A stretch of DNA of 20,663 nucleotides from Polyangiales bacterium. GTDB taxonomy: Bacteria > Myxococcota_A > Polyangia > Polyangiales > Polyangiaceae. The position numbers and the translations under genes were made by a program. The stretch lies in contig JBBRLQ010000059.1 in NCBI GenBank assembly GCA_038231275.1, forward strand, positions 1 through 20,663. Reading direction: 5' to 3'. Below the pieces are notes generated by a model, which did no database searches, was not told the DNA's origin, and was given only the letters and a program-made list of their open reading frames with translations. Of the stretch, positions 6,912 through 14,666 are shown one piece after another (within the stretch, counting starts at the first letter, position 1; each line of letters opens with the position of its first letter).

Positions 6912-8426
6912 ATGACCGCGATTCGACAGCACGATGTGACCCTCACGGAGGGGACGTTCAGCGTCGTCCTCACCCGTCAAAAGCGCGTCCTTGCCACCAT
7001 CACGGCGCCGCTATCGCCCCTCGGCCCGCTTCATCTCGTGTTTGAGATGGACCGCGGCCTTCACCCGGACATCCTCCGCCGCGAGGCGCTCGCGAAGCGC
7101 GGACTGCACCCGTCGCAGATCATGGTCGGCGGCATCTTCGGCGACATCGGAAACTTCGTCAGCAAGGCCGCCGACACCACGTTCAACACCGCTTCGAAGG
7201 CCGTCACCACCGTGGCGCGCCCCGCTCTGCACCTCACGCGCGATGCGGTCTCGCACGCGATGAATGGCATCTCGCAGATCACGCCCTTTCTCCCGGCGCA
7301 TCTCAGAAACGACATCAGCAACGCCGCGCGCGTCGTCGCGCGCGCACGCCTCGGCGACCTGACCGCCAAGCAGTTCATTCACACGATCGGCCAAGCCGCC
7401 AAATCCGGCGTCGGCGCCGCGCGCCACATCGGAGACGCCCTGCTCGACGGCTCGCGGCTCGTCGCGAGAGTCGTCGATGTGCCCATGCACGTGCTGAAAA
7501 ACGTGCCCGGGGTCGGCAACGTCGTCGCGACGATTTCGCCGTTCCAGAAGTTTGACCACATGATCGCCGCGGTCCAGCGCGGCGATCTCCACGCGCTGAA
7601 AGAGATGGTCGCGAGCGATCTGCACACCTTCCAAGGCGTAGCGTCGCTCATTCCCGGCATTGGCACCGGCATCAGCGCGGGGCTCGAAGCAGGGCTCGCC
7701 GCGCTCGACGGCGGAAGTCCTCTCGAGATCGCCATCCACGCGGCCTACGGAGCGATCCCCATCCCCATCGGCATCCGCTCGGTGACCGACGCGATCGTCG
7801 GCGCAGTCATGGAGCTGGCGAAGTCCGGCAACGTGACCGACGCCGCGCTTGCGGCGGCGCGCAGCCGCGCGCCCGCCGGCTTTCCGCGCGACGTGTTTGA
7901 CACCCTCGCCCGCATTGTCGCCAAGAAGGTGTCGATTCAAAACGCCGGCGCCGCGCTCGCGAGCCACTACGTCGATCGCTTTGCAGGACAGGCGGGCTCG
8001 CATCTTCTCGGCGAAGCGCAGCGTCTGGTCGGCAGTGGCGCGCGACTTTCCGGTCCGCTCGCTCCGAAGCTCGGCGAGATGGCGGGCCGGGCGCTCGGCG
8101 TCGGAGGAGAGTGGTCGGGCGACGACATGCGCGCGTGGGGCCTTCCAGGTCGGCACGTCACCCTCGGCGGGGAGGAGCCCGTCGCGTACGCGGTCGGCGG
8201 CGAACAGCCCACGGCGTACGTGGTCGGAGGTGAGGAGCCCTTCGCGCTCGCCGTGGGCGGCGACTACGAAGTCGGCGGCGAAGAGCCGCCGGCCTACGCG
8301 GTGGGCGGGGAGGAGCACTTCGAGGTGGGCGCCGCGCCCGAGCTCGGTGGGATTTCGCCGGAGCTTCTGGCGATGCTCCCCCATCCGTCCGAGTGGCTCT
8401 CGGGCCGCGGCCACCACGGAGGTTGA
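6912..8426 (+). CDS. Hypothetical 504-aa Ala/Gly-rich helical protein (candidate internal virion / DNA delivery protein) with C-terminal VGGEEP repeats
   Basis: ATG 6912 lies 5 nt after the previous stop; MVGG followed by amphipathic IFGDIGNFVSKAADTTFNTASKAV; LIPGIGTGISAGL hydrophobic segment; acidic repeats at C-terminus. Confidence 0.75.
   Translation: MTAIRQHDVTLTEGTFSVVLTRQKRVLATITAPLSPLGPLHLVFEMDRGLHPDILRREALAKRGLHPSQIMVGGIFGDIGNFVSKAADTTFNTASKAVTTVARPALHLTRDAVSHAMNGISQITPFLPAHLRNDISNAARVVARARLGDLTAKQFIHTIGQAAKSGVGAARHIGDALLDGSRLVARVVDVPMHVLKNVPGVGNVVATISPFQKFDHMIAAVQRGDLHALKEMVASDLHTFQGVASLIPGIGTGISAGLEAGLAALDGGSPLEIAIHAAYGAIPIPIGIRSVTDAIVGAVMELAKSGNVTDAALAAARSRAPAGFPRDVFDTLARIVAKKVSIQNAGAALASHYVDRFAGQAGSHLLGEAQRLVGSGARLSGPLAPKLGEMAGRALGVGGEWSGDDMRAWGLPGRHVTLGGEEPVAYAVGGEQPTAYVVGGEEPFALAVGGDYEVGGEEPPAYAVGGEEHFEVGAAPELGGISPELLAMLPHPSEWLSGRGHHGG
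8100..8351 (+). repeat. Coding repeat array of nine (V/L)G(G/A) units, partly 30-nt periodic
   Basis: VGGE...LGGEEPVAYA VGGEQPTAYV VGGEEPFALA VGGDYE VGGEEPPAYA VGGEEHFE VGAAPE LGG. Confidence 0.85.
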
Positions 8427-8429
8427 CCC

Positions 8430-9128
8430 GTGCACGCCTCGCAGACCCATCGCCAGCAGGACATCAACTTCGGCGATCGGACGAAGTTGACCGGCTCGAC
8501 GACGAAGACGCTCGCGTGGATGAACCTCGACGAGTCGGCGTCGTTCACCGTGTACGCCGACGCCCGCTTCACCGCCGGGCCGCCGGCGGCGCTGCCGCAC
8601 CTCGCGGCCATCGTCACGATCGAATGGGGCGCGGGCGCGGCGACGGTCTCCGCGGAGTACCGCATCGTGGGGCGGCTCCGCGTCCCGCTCGCCGCAAGCG
8701 CGATCCGCGTGGAAGGCCACCTCGAGGACGTCCGAGGATTGCCCGTCCCCGGCGACGTCGTCGCCGAGGTGGCCGCCTTCATCGCCCGCGGCACGGACGG
8801 CGAGACGATACCCAACGCGCAGACGCGGGTGCAGTCCGGCGCGCAGGGCATCCTCAGCACGCGATCCGAGCGCGTCCTCGCCGTCGAGGGGTTCAACGCA
8901 GGGGCAGGCTCCCTCTGGGTGATGCTCTTCGAGGGGCCAGCGTTGCCAGCCGCGGGCGCCGCGCCGCGCATGGCGGCGCCCGCCCCTGCCGGAGCGCCCT
9001 TCCGCATGCGACCGGCGAGCGCGCGAGAATTTCTAGGAGGCGTCGTCTGGGCGGCCAGCGCCGCGCCGCTCACCTTCACGCCGGTGCCGGGAGCCGCCCT
9101 CTACCTCGAAGCGGAGATGGTGCCATGA
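8430..9128 (+). CDS. Beta-rich two-domain hypothetical protein (candidate second capsid / vertex / spike protein)
   Basis: GGAGG RBS, GTG start; alternating hydrophobic strands in both halves (SFTVYAD, IVTIEWG, IRVEGHL; VLAVEGFN, LWVMLFE, GVVWAAS, LYLEAEM). Confidence 0.65.
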   Translation: MHASQTHRQQDINFGDRTKLTGSTTKTLAWMNLDESASFTVYADARFTAGPPAALPHLAAIVTIEWGAGAATVSAEYRIVGRLRVPLAASAIRVEGHLEDVRGLPVPGDVVAEVAAFIARGTDGETIPNAQTRVQSGAQGILSTRSERVLAVEGFNAGAGSLWVMLFEGPALPAAGAAPRMAAPAPAGAPFRMRPASAREFLGGVVWAASAAPLTFTPVPGAALYLEAEMVP

Positions 9129-9889
9129 CCGCGCGGGCGGACGAGATCGCGCGCTACGCGCGCAAGGCGCACGTCGTCGTCGAGGCGTGGAGCTCGCTGT
9201 TTGGGCTGCCGCCCACGATGCGCTCGCTCGTCCGGGTGATGGCTGTCGCCGAGTTTGAGACGCATCTGGGCGACGCGCGCGGATGGACGGGCGAGCACAA
9301 CTGGGGAGCGATCGTGAAGCGGACGCTCTCCGCGCTCGAACGCGCCACGCTCGCCGGACAGGGCATCACCGCCGAGGGAGGCAGCACAGCGCTCGCCGCC
9401 GCGCGCGCCCTCTTGCCCGCGGCGTCCAATGAAGCGCTCCACATCGATCGCTCTCCAGGGCGGGGACACCACTTCGCCTGGTTTTGGGCTTTCCCTTCGG
9501 ATGCCGAAGCCGCTCGGAAGTTTCTCCAGGTGCTCGTCGTGCAGAGGCCCGGCGTGCGCGCCGTGCTCGAGCACGACGACGTCACGGACGTGGCGCGCGC
9601 CATGTACGACGCGCACTATTACGAGGGCGACAGCGTGAACGATCCGGAGGCGAACGTGCGCGCCTACGCGCGACGCCTCCGTGAGCTCGAGCCGCGCATC
9701 GCGGATGCGATCCTCGCCCCGCTGCCCCCTACCCCGCCCGCGCCGGGCAACCCGACCGCGCCGGGCAACCAAGCCGTCGACACGCCGCCGAGGTTCGCGC
9801 CGCGTTCCGTCACCGCCGGCGTCCATGTCTTCCTCGGCGCCATCGTTCTGCTCTTCGGATCGATCCTCGCGCGCGGCGGCCATCGATGA
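9125..9889 (+). CDS. Lysozyme-fold / glucosaminidase (GH73-like) peptidoglycan hydrolase with C-terminal membrane anchor
   Basis: ATGA overlap; MAVAEFETHLG...HNWGAI...FWAFPSDAEAARKF...AMYDAHYYEG resembles the A..E..G / N.FGI / F..F.S / GY motif order of GH73-like enzymes; Pro linker, then VFLGAIVLLFGSILA. Confidence 0.6.
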   Translation: MTARADEIARYARKAHVVVEAWSSLFGLPPTMRSLVRVMAVAEFETHLGDARGWTGEHNWGAIVKRTLSALERATLAGQGITAEGGSTALAAARALLPAASNEALHIDRSPGRGHHFAWFWAFPSDAEAARKFLQVLVVQRPGVRAVLEHDDVTDVARAMYDAHYYEGDSVNDPEANVRAYARRLRELEPRIADAILAPLPPTPPAPGNPTAPGNQAVDTPPRFAPRSVTAGVHVFLGAIVLLFGSILARGGHR

Positions 9890-10653
9890 GCGGCCTTTTC
9901 CCCACCGTGGTGGTCGCCAGCGATTTGCGATCGCTCAAAGATCGCATCAACCCGCAGGTCTCCCTCGTCGACGCGATCGTGCAGCGGACGGCGTCTCTCG
10001 ATGCCGCGACGCGCGGCGAGTGGCAGGCCTTCGCCGCGCAATGGCGTGAGTTTTTTGGCAGCGATGGCTTTCTGACGTCGTCGCAGATGGACGCGGGCCA
10101 AGCGCTCGAAAGGAAGCTCCGCGATCTGAAGTCGGTCCTCTCCTCGCAATGCCCAGGGGTCCCCTCCCCGGCTCCGAAACGCGACGTCCCGTTTCTTCCC
10201 ACGTGGGTGACGCCAAACCTTGTGCGCGAGCAGAAGACGCGCATCGGGCCGCGCGTCCGAGACGTGGGGCGGAAGGCGGCTCAGGCTCCCGGGCTTGAGG
10301 AGGGCGTCCGCCGCGCGTGGGCAGAGTTCCATCACGCGTGGTCGGCGTTTGAGAGCGAGGCCGAAGAGTGGACCCATGGCGCCGCGCAATGGATGAATGC
10401 CCTCGCCTTCGAGGACGTCCTTCCCGAGTGGGAGGACGCGATCGCGATGGCGAGCGCCGGGTTCGCCGCGCCGGCGCCCGCGCCCGCGGAGACCTGGTTT
10501 CCACCCGCGCGCGGCGTCGCGCCAGGACTGCCGGTGCCTGCCGCGTCGGCGGGAACATCCACATCCGCGGGGAGCGGAGCCGCGGTCCTCGCCATCGGCG
10601 CGGCCGTCCTTGTGGTCGGCGTGGTCCTCCTCAAAGGCAGCCATCCCTCATGA
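9886..10653 (+). CDS. Tail-anchored membrane protein with two tandem W..F...W..F helical domains
   Basis: ATGA overlap; internal duplication; C-terminal AAVLAIGAAVLVVGVVLLK. Confidence 0.75.
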   Translation: MSGLFPTVVVASDLRSLKDRINPQVSLVDAIVQRTASLDAATRGEWQAFAAQWREFFGSDGFLTSSQMDAGQALERKLRDLKSVLSSQCPGVPSPAPKRDVPFLPTWVTPNLVREQKTRIGPRVRDVGRKAAQAPGLEEGVRRAWAEFHHAWSAFESEAEEWTHGAAQWMNALAFEDVLPEWEDAIAMASAGFAAPAPAPAETWFPPARGVAPGLPVPAASAGTSTSAGSGAAVLAIGAAVLVVGVVLLKGSHPS

Positions 10654-11057
10654 GCGGCCTCCTCCCCACGGTGGTCACGCCCGACGACGTGCGCGCGAGC
10701 AAGGCCCGCCTCGATGCGTTTGCCCGCGCCTTCGATCGCAGCGTCACCGCGTGCCCGCGGCTTGCTCCGTCTATCCACCAGAGCTGGTCCGATTTCTATC
10801 GCGGATGGCGGCGCTTTGCCGATGCGGATCCTTCGTGGTTTCACGCCGCGGCCGAGTTCGACGCCGCCCAGCAGTACGAGGAGCACTTGATCGCCTGGCA
10901 GGCGCAGCTCGGCCCTCTCTGTCCGATCGCCGGTCCTTCTCTCACAAGGCCCCCGGGTGCGTCGTCGACAGGAACGGTCGAAACCACCATCAAGACGGTG
11001 GCCATCGCGGCAGCGGTCGTGGCCGTCGCGCTCGCCGTACGGGAGATCACGCGATGA
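10650..11057 (+). CDS. Tail-anchored membrane protein, single-domain paralogue of the upstream gene
   Basis: ATGA overlap; MSGLLPTVVTPDDVR vs MSGLFPTVVVASDLR; WSDFYRGWRRF; C-terminal VAIAAAVVAVALAVR. Confidence 0.75.
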   Translation: MSGLLPTVVTPDDVRASKARLDAFARAFDRSVTACPRLAPSIHQSWSDFYRGWRRFADADPSWFHAAAEFDAAQQYEEHLIAWQAQLGPLCPIAGPSLTRPPGASSTGTVETTIKTVAIAAAVVAVALAVREITR

Positions 11058-11989
11058 ACGAGTCTCACGCAAGCACCTCTCGGATCGCCAAGCGGTCGCC
11101 AAGCGATCGCCACGGCTTCGACGCCCAGGACGATGGGCCATTCGTCCCCGACGACCTCGTCCAGTGGGTGCACGAGCAGATCGCACGCGGCTGCTCGCTC
11201 CTCACGCTTCGGCAGCGCGCCGACGAGGGCGAGACGCTTGTCTGCAACGCGCCCCTGCCCGGCGACGGCGCGCAGAGCGTCGCGGCCTCGATTCACCTGC
11301 GCGCCGCGGCAGAGGGCCGCTTTCTCCGCGGTCCGACGCTCTTCGTCCTCTACGCCTTCAAGGACATCGCGCGGGAGCACTGCGACCGCAAATCGTTCCG
11401 CGTCGAGGGCGAAACGTTCTCGCGAAGTGGGGAGACCGAGCCTCCGACGGTCAGCGGGATCAACGCGATGCTGATGCGCCACGCCGAAGGCGCCACCAAG
11501 ATCGCGCTCGGCCACACCTCGCACATCATCGAGCAGTACAAGGTGCTCCTCCAGCAGCGGGACCGGCGCATCACCGAGCTCGAGACGTCGCTCCGCGAGG
11601 CGTCCGCCATGCGCGAATCGCTCGTCATGCTCGAGCACGAGCGCGCCCTCGCGCTCCACCGGGCGAAGGACGACGAAAAGCGCAGCGACTTCATGCGCGA
11701 CAAGCTCGATCTCCTCATCCCCGTCGTCGCCGGGAAAATGCTCGGGGCAGGCGGCTCCCCCGTGCCGCCGATCGTGAACGACGAGATGCTGCGCCAGCTT
11801 CTCGGTTCGCTGTCGCCCGACCAGCTCACGAAGCTCCAGAGCATTCTCGGTCCGGACCAGCAGGCCGTCGTGGGCGATCTCTACATGAGGTACGCGCAGC
11901 GCTCGCGCGATCCCAACGTGGCGGCCGCGGCGAAGCGCGAAGCGGCGCAGTCGCGCGGCGCCCCCGACGAAGCACGAGGGAATGACTGA
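11054..11989 (+). CDS. Hypothetical protein with alpha/beta N-domain and coiled coil
   Basis: ATGA overlap at 11054, GGGAG upstream; GC3-rich coding pattern; coiled coil LLQQRDRRITELETSLRE. Confidence 0.7.
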   Translation: MNESHASTSRIAKRSPSDRHGFDAQDDGPFVPDDLVQWVHEQIARGCSLLTLRQRADEGETLVCNAPLPGDGAQSVAASIHLRAAAEGRFLRGPTLFVLYAFKDIAREHCDRKSFRVEGETFSRSGETEPPTVSGINAMLMRHAEGATKIALGHTSHIIEQYKVLLQQRDRRITELETSLREASAMRESLVMLEHERALALHRAKDDEKRSDFMRDKLDLLIPVVAGKMLGAGGSPVPPIVNDEMLRQLLGSLSPDQLTKLQSILGPDQQAVVGDLYMRYAQRSRDPNVAAAAKREAAQSRGAPDEARGND

Positions 11990-12033
11990 AGGGACGTCCA
12001 CGCAGCCGCACGCGAAAGGTTCAGGGAGCAGGC

Positions 12034-12231
12034 ATGAACGAAGCAAAAACAATCTTGAGCAAAAGAGGCGACCAGGCGGTCAAAGCCGGGCGTCTGTTCC
12101 TGGACGCGATCTGCGGCGACGACCGCGATCACGTCGAAAGCGAAACACCTTACGCGACCCACGCCGTAACCCCGGAACGGTCGCTCCTCATCATCGACGC
12201 CGAGCTCGAGGACGAAGGAAGGAAACCATGA
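12034..12231 (+). CDS. Small acidic hypothetical protein
   Basis: GGGAG RBS; stop overlaps next start (ATGA). Confidence 0.55.
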   Translation: MNEAKTILSKRGDQAVKAGRLFLDAICGDDRDHVESETPYATHAVTPERSLLIIDAELEDEGRKP

Positions 12232-12593
12232 GTGAAAATCATCATCGACCGCCGCATCACCCGCAAACGCTGACGCGCTTCCGAGGGCTACGCGGGGAAT
12301 ACGGAAATCTCGAGGTGCGAGCCGAGTCGGCGCATGCCGTCCGCTTTCAGCTCACAGGGGAGTTTCTGGATCTGAATCGGAACGACGCGCAGGAGATCAT
12401 CCGGGTCCTCGCGGCATGGCTCGCCGAGCCGGTAAGCCGCATCGTCATCGACAACGATGGCGGCTCCACCACCGTGGTGGTCGACAACGACGCCGCTCCG
12501 CACGCTCGCCGGACGGAGGTCGTCGTGGTGGAGAACGAGGCGAGCGAACGTTCCCACGTCGAAGGAGGAAATCACCCACGACGCCCTTCCTGA
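12228..12593 (+). CDS. Hypothetical protein (121 aa)
   Basis: AAGGAAGGA RBS, ATG 12228 (MSENHH...), globular-looking composition unlike the Arg-rich upstream extension. Confidence 0.6.
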   Translation: MSENHHRPPHHPQTLTRFRGLRGEYGNLEVRAESAHAVRFQLTGEFLDLNRNDAQEIIRVLAAWLAEPVSRIVIDNDGGSTTVVVDNDAAPHARRTEVVVVENEASERSHVEGGNHPRRPS

Positions 12594-12628
12594 CGCGGAT
12601 TGACGCCCCTGTAAGGGCGACGTCCGCG
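12594..12628 (+). terminator. Imperfect stem-loop right after the last gene of the operon
   Basis: CGCGGA..CGCCC-CTGTAA-GGGCG..TCCGCG; no strong U-tract. Confidence 0.3.
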
Positions 12629-12818
12629 ACACCGTTTGTCCAATCGGGCGAGAGATTGCCGCCCACCCGTGAGGGTCTGCTCCTCCGGCGCCTCGCGCGC
12701 CAAATAGTAAAGCGCCTGTGGCGCTTCCTTCGAGCGCGAACGAGTCTCTGAGTGCCGCCGCGCACGCGCTCTGTGCGCGGCAATTTCCGAGTCCGCGGAT
12801 CGATCGAGAGAGCGAGAC

Positions 12819-14654
12819 ATGAACATCGCGCGCAAAAGCGCTGAGAACGCGAAGAGAAGCGCCCATGATCGTGACGCGCGACGCGCGCATCGCCGCCTCG
12901 CGCGCGTGCGGATCGCGTCGCTGCGCGCGAAGATGAAGGCGGCCATCGCCGCGCGCAACGCGAAGATGAAGGAGATCGTCGCCACGTGCCGCGAGCAGCG
13001 GCGAGCGGTGCGCGTGCAGATCAAGACGATGTGGAACGACGGCCGGCGCGCGATCCGTGAACGCGCCGAGGCGGAGCGTCAACGCGTCCGCGACGAATGC
13101 GACGTGGAAAAGGACCGCGCGAAGCAGGCGTGCGACTCCGCGATCGATCTCGTGCGCGCCGAGCTAGCCGCGGAGAAGAAGCGCGCCGCCGAGGAGCGTC
13201 GCATCGGGCGTGAAGAGCGGACGCGCCATCAGGCGCTCACGCGCTCGCACGTCACGGGCGCGGCGCACACGTTCGTCGTGCGCGCGGCCATGCTCGGGGC
13301 CCTCGGCCCGCTCTTCGAGCGCGTGCGACCCGCACCGGGCCAGTCCCGTCCCGAAGCGATCCTGCACTATGCGGAGACGCACCCCGAGCAGGTGCATGCG
13401 GTTCTGCACCCCGGCGCAGACCGCGCCATCGCGGAGACGAAGGCGGAGATGGCCGCCGCGGTGCGGGCGATGGGCGCGCCGACGACGCGGGATCTCGAGC
13501 GCGCGCTCCGATCACGCAAACGCAGCGCGACGACCGAGGTGTCGAGACCGAAAGCGTCCGAGCCGAAGGCGACACGCGCGGCGGGCCGCGTGGAGCCCCC
13601 CGCCGCGGCATCGTGGACGGGTGACGGCTACGACGACCGGATCCTCTGCTCGCGTTGTGGCTGCAAGGGCGGGCAACATCGCGGCTCCGATGGCAAGTGC
13701 CCGAAGACGGCCGCATGGGGACGCCCTGCGCCCGATCCGATGTCGAACCATGCGCTCGACAAAACGGCGCTCGACGCCGCCCTTGCGGCGTACTGGTCCG
13801 CCAACGCCACGTTCTACCGGCCTGTGACGGCCCGCGGGAAGGACGATGCGGCGGTGCCAGCCGAGCGTCCGCCGAACGCGTACGAGCAGAAGAAGGCCGC
13901 ACGCGTCGACCGCATGCGCGCGCGCGCGGACAAGAAGAAGGCCGAAGCAGCGGGGGCGTTCATGCGCGCGGACAGCATCGCGTCAGTGATCCCGGCGGGT
14001 CAGCCGATCCTTGTCGGACACCACTCCGAGAAACGCCACAGGCGCGATATCGCGCGCATCGACCAAGGTTTCCGCAAGTCGTTCGAGCTGACGCGTGAAG
14101 CGGAGCAGCTTGCGCGTCGCGCCGACTTCGCCGAGCGAAACGATGCGATCTCGAGCGACGATCCGAACGCTGTCGACAAGCTTCTCGCAAAGCTCGCAGA
14201 GCTGAACACGAAGCGCGCCCGCTGGAAGCTCGTCAACGAAGCCGTCCGTGCCGCGAAGAACGAGGGCGACCTTCGCGCGTCGCTCGCGCGCCTCGGCGTT
14301 AACGAAAACCTCGCTTGCGATCTCCTCACGCCCGACTTCGCCGGCCGCATGGGCATCGCCGACTATCAGTTCAAGAATGCTGGCTCCGAAGCGCGTCGTC
14401 TTGAGCAGCGCATCAAGCAGCTCGAGACCGCGGCGAAGGCGCCGGAGAAGCCGGCCGAGACGATCGGGCACGCGCGCATCTACGAGGCCGACAGCCGCGT
14501 GCGCGTGGAGTTCCCGACGATACCCCCGGAGGGCGTGCGCAAGAAGTTGAAGGGCGCCGGCTTCCATTGGTCGCCGACCGTGGGCGCATGGCAGCGGCAC
14601 GCGAGTAGCGGCGCTTGGTACCACGCGCGCGAAATCGCCGCGGCGATGACGTGA
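12819..14654 (+). CDS. Fusion: basic coiled-coil domain + Cys/His knuckle + DUF3560-family domain
   Basis: C-terminal IPAGQPILVGHHSEKRHRRDIARI, ISSDDPNAVDKL, RVRVEFPTIP...LKGAGFHWSP..GAWQR are DUF3560 hallmarks; central CSRCGCKGGQHRGSDGKCP. Confidence 0.8.
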   Translation: MNIARKSAENAKRSAHDRDARRAHRRLARVRIASLRAKMKAAIAARNAKMKEIVATCREQRRAVRVQIKTMWNDGRRAIRERAEAERQRVRDECDVEKDRAKQACDSAIDLVRAELAAEKKRAAEERRIGREERTRHQALTRSHVTGAAHTFVVRAAMLGALGPLFERVRPAPGQSRPEAILHYAETHPEQVHAVLHPGADRAIAETKAEMAAAVRAMGAPTTRDLERALRSRKRSATTEVSRPKASEPKATRAAGRVEPPAAASWTGDGYDDRILCSRCGCKGGQHRGSDGKCPKTAAWGRPAPDPMSNHALDKTALDAALAAYWSANATFYRPVTARGKDDAAVPAERPPNAYEQKKAARVDRMRARADKKKAEAAGAFMRADSIASVIPAGQPILVGHHSEKRHRRDIARIDQGFRKSFELTREAEQLARRADFAERNDAISSDDPNAVDKLLAKLAELNTKRARWKLVNEAVRAAKNEGDLRASLARLGVNENLACDLLTPDFAGRMGIADYQFKNAGSEARRLEQRIKQLETAAKAPEKPAETIGHARIYEADSRVRVEFPTIPPEGVRKKLKGAGFHWSPTVGAWQRHASSGAWYHAREIAAAMT

Positions 14655-14666
14655 AGGAGAAGGAAC

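Noticed and set aside
8100..8351. Double-glycine RiPP/bacteriocin precursor
   Set aside because: No C39 peptidase ABC transporter or modifying enzymes nearby, and the array is the tail of a 504-aa protein; not fully excluded
3347..12593. Tailed prophage, contractile injection system or T4SS/T6SS
   Set aside because: LysM alone is not diagnostic; no sheath, tube, baseplate, VgrG, terminase, portal or VirB4 motifs seen
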